A stretch of DNA of 64,000 nucleotides from Eukaryota sp. TZLM1-RC (lineage: Eukaryota > Protista > Metamonada: BaSk clade): assembly GCA_040285825.1 (NCBI GenBank), contig JAUPSS010000004.1, positions 4,989,784 to 5,053,783 of the forward strand, read 5' to 3'. Positions 58,211 through 64,000 of the stretch are shown here, in pieces. The number at the start of each line of letters is the position of its first letter. The stretch's first letter is position 1. Under the pieces are notes generated by a model. That model was not told the origin of the DNA. It made no database searches and was given only the letters and a program-made list of their open reading frames with translations. A program made the translations under genes and the position numbers.

Positions 58211-61200
58211 CTGCCTTTTCCTCTCTTTCGAGCGACGAGCCCTGGAAGCTCTAGTCACAGGAGGTGAACTAATAGAATTATTACGCTTCTTGGGAGGAGC
58301 GGATTTAGTACGGCGACGTGCTTTTGGATTCTTGATAAAGTCTTTATACGCGGCAGTATTTTGGACTGTAGACACATGCTCAGTGGTGATCTCTTTTCCT
58401 GGCCATTGCACTTGGCAAAAGTCACCTTCCTGACTGAGCACTTTTTCAATGATGTGTTCTTCGACATCACCTGCAGCGACCCAGGAGTGGAACTCATCGT
58501 TGGTGGGCAAGCTGGAGTGCCAGGGAGCTAAGTGTTTGACGCTAGCTTGGACAATCGTACCTGTGCAGAGATTCTTAATATTCACAGACGAATTGGATAC
58601 GATTTCAGTAATTAGGAAGGGTCCTAAATAGTCTCCATGAAGCTTAGCGGAAGAGCCAGATGCTCTCAATACCAATTGACCAACTTCAAAAGGGTTTGGA
58701 GTTGACGATCTAGCTAGCTTGGAAGCTTTGGAAGCTTGATGATGTGCTGCCTTTTCCTGTTTCTCTTTCAATCTTCGAAATTTAGATTGAATTTCTTGAA
58801 TAAAAGATGACTCAGACGTCGAGCTTTCAATGATTTCAAGAATTTTGCCAGGGTCTGATCTGGGAGACACATCTGAGCCAAAGATCACTTGGTACGGAGT
58901 GTGGTTGGTTATTGAGCTCTTGGAAGAGTTGATCAATAATTGCACATAAGGCAAGTATTCAGACCACACAACGTAGGCATTGAAGTCTACGAGCAATTTC
59001 CGTAGGTTTTGCAGGATGTCTCTGTGTCGGCGCTCTACCAGGCCGTTGGACGGGGAAAACCTAGGTATTGACTTTGACACCTCTATGCCCAAAAATTTGC
59101 TTAATTCGTCAAAGACAGCCTTGGAAAATTCGGGTCCATTATCGCTGTGGATTTGAAATGGAATACCAAAGATGGCACAGACTTTCCAAATTAATGCATC
59201 TGCAGTAAGATTGGCATTTATCTCTTTTAAAGGCACGATGATCGTGAACCTAGAGAAGCTGTCGATAAATACGAGGATGTATTTGTAGCCTTCTTGATCT
59301 TCTGGAAGAGGACCAATGACGTCGGCGTTGACGCGAGCAAAAGGTCTGTCAGCCCACAATGAACCGGTTGGGGGAACATGCAGTTTGGGAACTGGCTTTG
59401 TTTTCTGACAGGAGGGGCATTCTTGGACGTGCTTATTCATGTCGGTGAGCATGTTTGGCCACCAATAATCGCTGTTCCTGAGCTTGTTCAGGCTTTCAGC
59501 TTTGCAGAAGTCCATGCAACAAGTTAAGGGTGTCCTTAATGAGTGATTTGGGAATCACTATCTTGTTGTCGTGAGTCATATATAAATCAAGATGATTGTT
59601 ATGAACACAGTTGTTGAAAGAGGGGTCTTTGGAAGCTATGGCAAGCTTCTGTTCGGACCTAATCCTACAGAGCCATGGCTCGAAAATAGGCAGGTCGTTG
59701 GAACATCGTTCTCTGATGACCATGATACGTTCAAAGTTGTTTAAGTCTTCGATGTAGTATCTTTCATTTTCTGTTCCATCAATTTTATCAATGTAAAATA
59801 TTGGATGAAAATTTGGAGGCATTTGATGGGACAAATGATTGATCTCTTGATGGTCTATAGGCGGAACTATTCGAGACAACATATCAGCCCAGAAGTTATC
59901 TTCCCCTTTGGTATGTACCAAATCAAGGCAGAATTCAGAGAATATGGGTAACCATCTTGTTACAATTCTGTTCTTCTCAGGAGCCGTGAACATGTAGGTA
60001 AGGTTTTGATGGTCTGTGAATATAACCAGTTTCCTTCCTTTCAAGTAGTTTTCAAAACCACTTTGAGTTAACATGAGTAGGATAGCATAGAGTTCCTTTT
60101 TGGTTTGTCGGCCAGTTCTTTTTGCGAGTTGGTTAACAACCGGCTGAAGAAGCTGATAGGCCTACATTTCCTGTTGATCAGGGGGGTACCGGGGTCGTCG
60201 ACTTGTTCGATTTGTTCCCATATGACGCCGCCTACAGCTATGTCGGACGCATCGCAACTAATTAAAATTTGGTTTTCCAGCGGAGGTAAGCTGAGCGGCA
60301 TGTGCTTCGCTATCAGTTGTTTGATCTTTTGAAGGAGTCCGTCGTGCATGTCGGTCCATTGAAGGCGTTGCGCGCGGGGTTTGGGTTTAACTTTGGAGTT
60401 ATTTCCATCCTTCTTAGTCAATCTGATGATAGGAGCGATGAGCTCAGATACCTGAGGAAGCCATTCTCTAATGAAGTTGACTGATCCTACGAGGCTGCGG
60501 ACGTCTTTGATTGTCTTTGGTCTAGGTAGATTCAACAAAGATTCAACGCGAGTGGGATCGATAGTCCGTTGTTTGTTTTGGAAAACACTGCCCAGTATCT
60601 TGATTGGGTGTCTGGAAGACACGAAATGGCACTTTGGAAGTCCCAAGGAAACTCTTTTGCATCTGGCTTGATCAAGGACGCGACGGAGGCGTTCAATGAA
60701 TTCGTCAAAGGTTGAACCTATGATTATGATGTCATCTATGTAAATGAAGACACCGTCTCCCGAGAAGATGTCAGCCATGACGTTTTGGAAAACGGCTGGG
60801 ACATTCTTTAGGCCAAAAGCTGCACGTTTGAACATGATGCTTTTGCCAGGAATGCTCAGGGCTGTTTTCTGCCAATCCTTTTCGGCAATCTTGAGTTGCC
60901 AGAAGGCTTTGGGGAGGTCAAGGGTGCCTATGTAGTTCGCTTGGGAGAGAAATGCCAGCACATCGGAGATCCTTGGAAGGTTGGGCTCAACAGGAATGGT
61001 GTTGGCGTTGACTCCGTCCTTGCCACTATAGTCACCGGTAAGGCGGGGCTTACGGTGATCTGGGTAGACCACTAGACAGACAGGGGAGCTGAACTCATGG
61101 TTCGATGGAACAGCAAATCCTGAGTCTACGAGTTCGTCGAAAATTTGGTCAGCGACCTCTAGCCTGGCTGGATTCAGGGTCCTGGGGGGTCTTCTAACTC

Positions 61201-64000
61201 TGACGTCTTCGTTGTAGAAGTTGATTTCCATGGGAGGGCAATCAATACCTTCAGCATGAGGCTTGAGGGTAAATACGTCTTCGAACTCCTTCAAAGTTTG
61301 AAGTAGGGACTTCTTGAAATGGTCGTTGTCGAGGTTGATGGTACAACCAGATGAGTTGATGTGTTCCAACCAACGTGTGGAAACGTTGACGACTTCCGAA
61401 GCTTGTGATATTCGATGATCGAATTCAGCTTCAGGTAATAGTAATGTGCGACAGGCGTCGTCCATTCTAATATAAATGCCCTTGTTGTTCATCAGCCCAA
61501 GGTGACTCAACAAGTCAGCACCAATGAGAATGGTCTCATGTCCAGGAACGATGCTGAACTTGTGTTTCACGTGTACAATCTGGGTAACACTACCTAGTCT
61601 AATGCTAAGGGTTCCAGAAGCAGTACCAAGGGACTGTGAGGTAGTTCCATCAGCAATCTTGTATGAAATGGTTTCGTTGGAACGTGCCATGTTACAATTA
61701 CTGATGACGTCTTCCGAGACTACTGAGCATGTTGCACCAGAATCGATTATGCCTTTAACTTCGACATTGTTGATCAAGAAGTTTAATTGTAGGCAGTTGT
61801 GATTCATGGATTGTACCATAAAAATTGTGTCAGAATCATGTCCATTTAGGTCGGCTTGTTCTGAGAAGAAGTTAGCCTGACTGTTGGGTATCTTGGTAGG
61901 TTCCAAGTTTGCAAGCGGATTGATAAGAGAATCTTTCCATGCTGAACTTTCTGTATGTGGTTGTGTTGTTGTTGTAGGGGGTATGGTTTCTAAAGTACAT
62001 AAATAGTGACGGGAACGTTTATTGTAAGAAGAGCCTCTGCCTCTGCCGCGAGTACCTCTTCGACTACGGAAACCAGAACCTCTAGAACTTCTACCTCGAG
62101 CTTGTTGTTGAGCTTGTTGCTCTCTCCATTTCTTGCTCCTTTGGCAGTCTTCACTGGGGCACCTTTCGGTCGGATGGCCCTTTTGCTTACAGAAGTTGCT
62201 TTGGACATCAGCGGCCTGGGAAGACGATTGTGGTAGGCTTCCTCCTCTCTTACTTTGTTTTGGGCGTTTACCTGGACCAGAACCTCGTGGTCTGGGGATG
62301 TCAGGTGGGGAGGGAACGACCATGGGAGGTCGGCGAGAGGCCTGCTGGTGAGTTAATTGGTTCTGATAGGTGAAATCGACATGGTTCAGTTGTTCCATGA
62401 ACGATCTGGCGTTACAGAAATTCTCGTATTCAATTTGGAGAACACTAAAGAATTCGCCAAGGGTGTGCCCATCGCATGAGTAGTGGGAGGGAGAGGACCA
62501 GATCCTGAGGAGTCTGTCTCTGATAGGGATAATTCCTACGCTTTCTAAGACATGAGTAGCAACTACCCAGTCTGGAAGTCTATCAGCTGGAGGAGTGGAG
62601 CTTATGGAGAATGTTCTCAATTGTTGAGAGATGCCCCTAAATTCTTGGATGGCGGTGGAGCGAGTCAGAACTCTGCCTATGTTGACCATGAAGTCAATCC
62701 ATCTATTGCCATAATCTCTTTCCGACCAGTCCATGTTGGTTGCGAGGAGAGCTCGATTAGCCTCATCCAGTCTGCTGAATTGGGTTCTTTTTAGAATTTG
62801 AGCCCAAATGATGCGTTCATCTCTTGAGGTAGGGACCGTGGGAGAAGAGATAGCTAGGTGAGCACCTTGGTATCGTAGCGCATTTAACACCTCGGGGGTG
62901 ACACATTCAGCGAGGCCTCGGGGGTTGATCCTCATGGCTTGGCGGAACAAGTCCCATTCGTGAACTGGTTCTCCAGAGATGTTACCAAAATACTCATCGA
63001 TCGGTGGTTGGGAACCTTCTCTAGCTAGTTCTAATTCTTCACGTAGTCTGGCAACTTCGTTAGCTAGAGCTATCTGGGCTGGATCCTCAACGTTACCTCT
63101 CGTTTCTCTTAGGACTCGGTCGGTACGACTCCAGAGAATGAATTTGTTGACAAACTTTAGGAGTTTATCAGCGTCTCTCAAATCAGAAGCTTCAAGATAC
63201 GGACGTTTAGGACGGTCCCTACGTCTGTCATCTCGATCTCTTGATCCAATCATTGAAGAGAGGAGAAGGCTACTTTCGTATGTGCCCGAGAAAGGTGAAT
63301 GATGTGAGGAAATGGAGGATGTTGAACCTGTCGTGGAAGGTGTAGGTAGGGGTTGAGGAGCTCGACTAACGGGAGTGATGGGAGCAGGTACTGCATCAGA
63401 AGATGTGGTGGGGGTGGGTGATTCGCTGCTCACAGTGACAACGTCGTCGTCAGCTTGTTCCATAGCAGATTGGTTGGGGTTAGAGGTTTCCGTGATAGGA
63501 AATGAATCAGTTTCCATAGGAGGTTGTGGTGATTCAGGAGGTTGAGCGGAGGAAGATGGAGCTTCACTCTGTTGAGGTTCAGGGGAAGGTACTGTCTCTT
63601 CAATCTGGGCTAGAACCTGGTAAGAAGAGATCGCTGGTTGAACCAAGCGTGTTTTCTCTATACGACCTTCTACCATTACCCACTTTAACATCCTGGATTC
63701 TATGCATCCAGGGAAAACGGTGACGAGCTGGAGGGCTCTTTGAAGATTGCCAGATCTTCTGTGGTCAGGACCACAATATGACGCTATATGATCAGGACGT
63801 CTATCATATAGAAAGAGTCTTTCACCATATGTGGTTTCGGTAAACCACCACCCTGTTCTATAATCTCTGTCGATGAGGATATCGAGAGATGCGTTGTACC
63901 CAGGGCTGAACCTAGGGTATGGGCAAGGGTTGTGAACGTTTATGAAGAGGTTGTCTTCATCTCCAGCGAAGCGTCTGAATACTCCTTCTCGAGTAGTTCT
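58205..64000 (-). CDS. Gag-Pol polyprotein, broken by frameshifts near 60070-60120 and 59500
   Basis: ORFs 60068-63691, 59496-60074 and 58205-59515 join into one polyprotein; the frame stays open for 103 more codons to the window edge. Confidence 0.85.

Larger units (their letters stand above)
58016..64000 (-). mobile_element. Ty3/Gypsy LTR retrotransposon with chromodomain-like integrase; 5' part beyond the window
   Basis: Domain order Gag-PR(IIDSGA)-RT(LDLPKAF, FGLKN, YIDD)-RNase H(CDASD, TDH, ADMLSR)-IN(HHCC, SDNG, NGLVER, GPF)-chromo-like. Confidence 0.95.

Noticed and set aside
1-64000. tRNA, rRNA, snRNA genes and CRISPR arrays
   Set aside because: No recognisable signature found by eye; a covariance-model scan would be needed to exclude divergent ones.

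Overview
AT-rich, gene-dense eukaryotic DNA using the standard genetic code. It most likely comes from a flagellated protist: CFAP58 is present, and the tiny introns have a branch point fused to the 3' splice site, reminiscent of metamonads (taxonomy is inference only). About 20 host genes are present, including PUM3, HAUS1, SRP9, a MADS-box factor, a PITH protein, RPS6, CFAP58, RPLP2, NAA10, Ras, RPS14, CRAMP1/TKI1-like, eIF4E-like, RCHY1 and two prokaryote-type membrane genes. They are separated by islands of mobile DNA. These islands hold several families of CRE-like RT+RLE non-LTR retrotransposons (two near-full-length copies with TSDs, many nested antisense fragments), a 1.1-kb Gag-only LTR element with identical LTRs, and a two-gene IS630/Tc1 element with bipartite TIRs. 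They also hold a decayed Fanzor/TnpB-type RuvC gene, hAT remnants, and a chromodomain-type Ty3/Gypsy element that runs off the right edge. All 15 introns I could resolve are 26-33 nt and end in YTNAYNNHAG. All calls come from motif recognition by eye; no searches were run.
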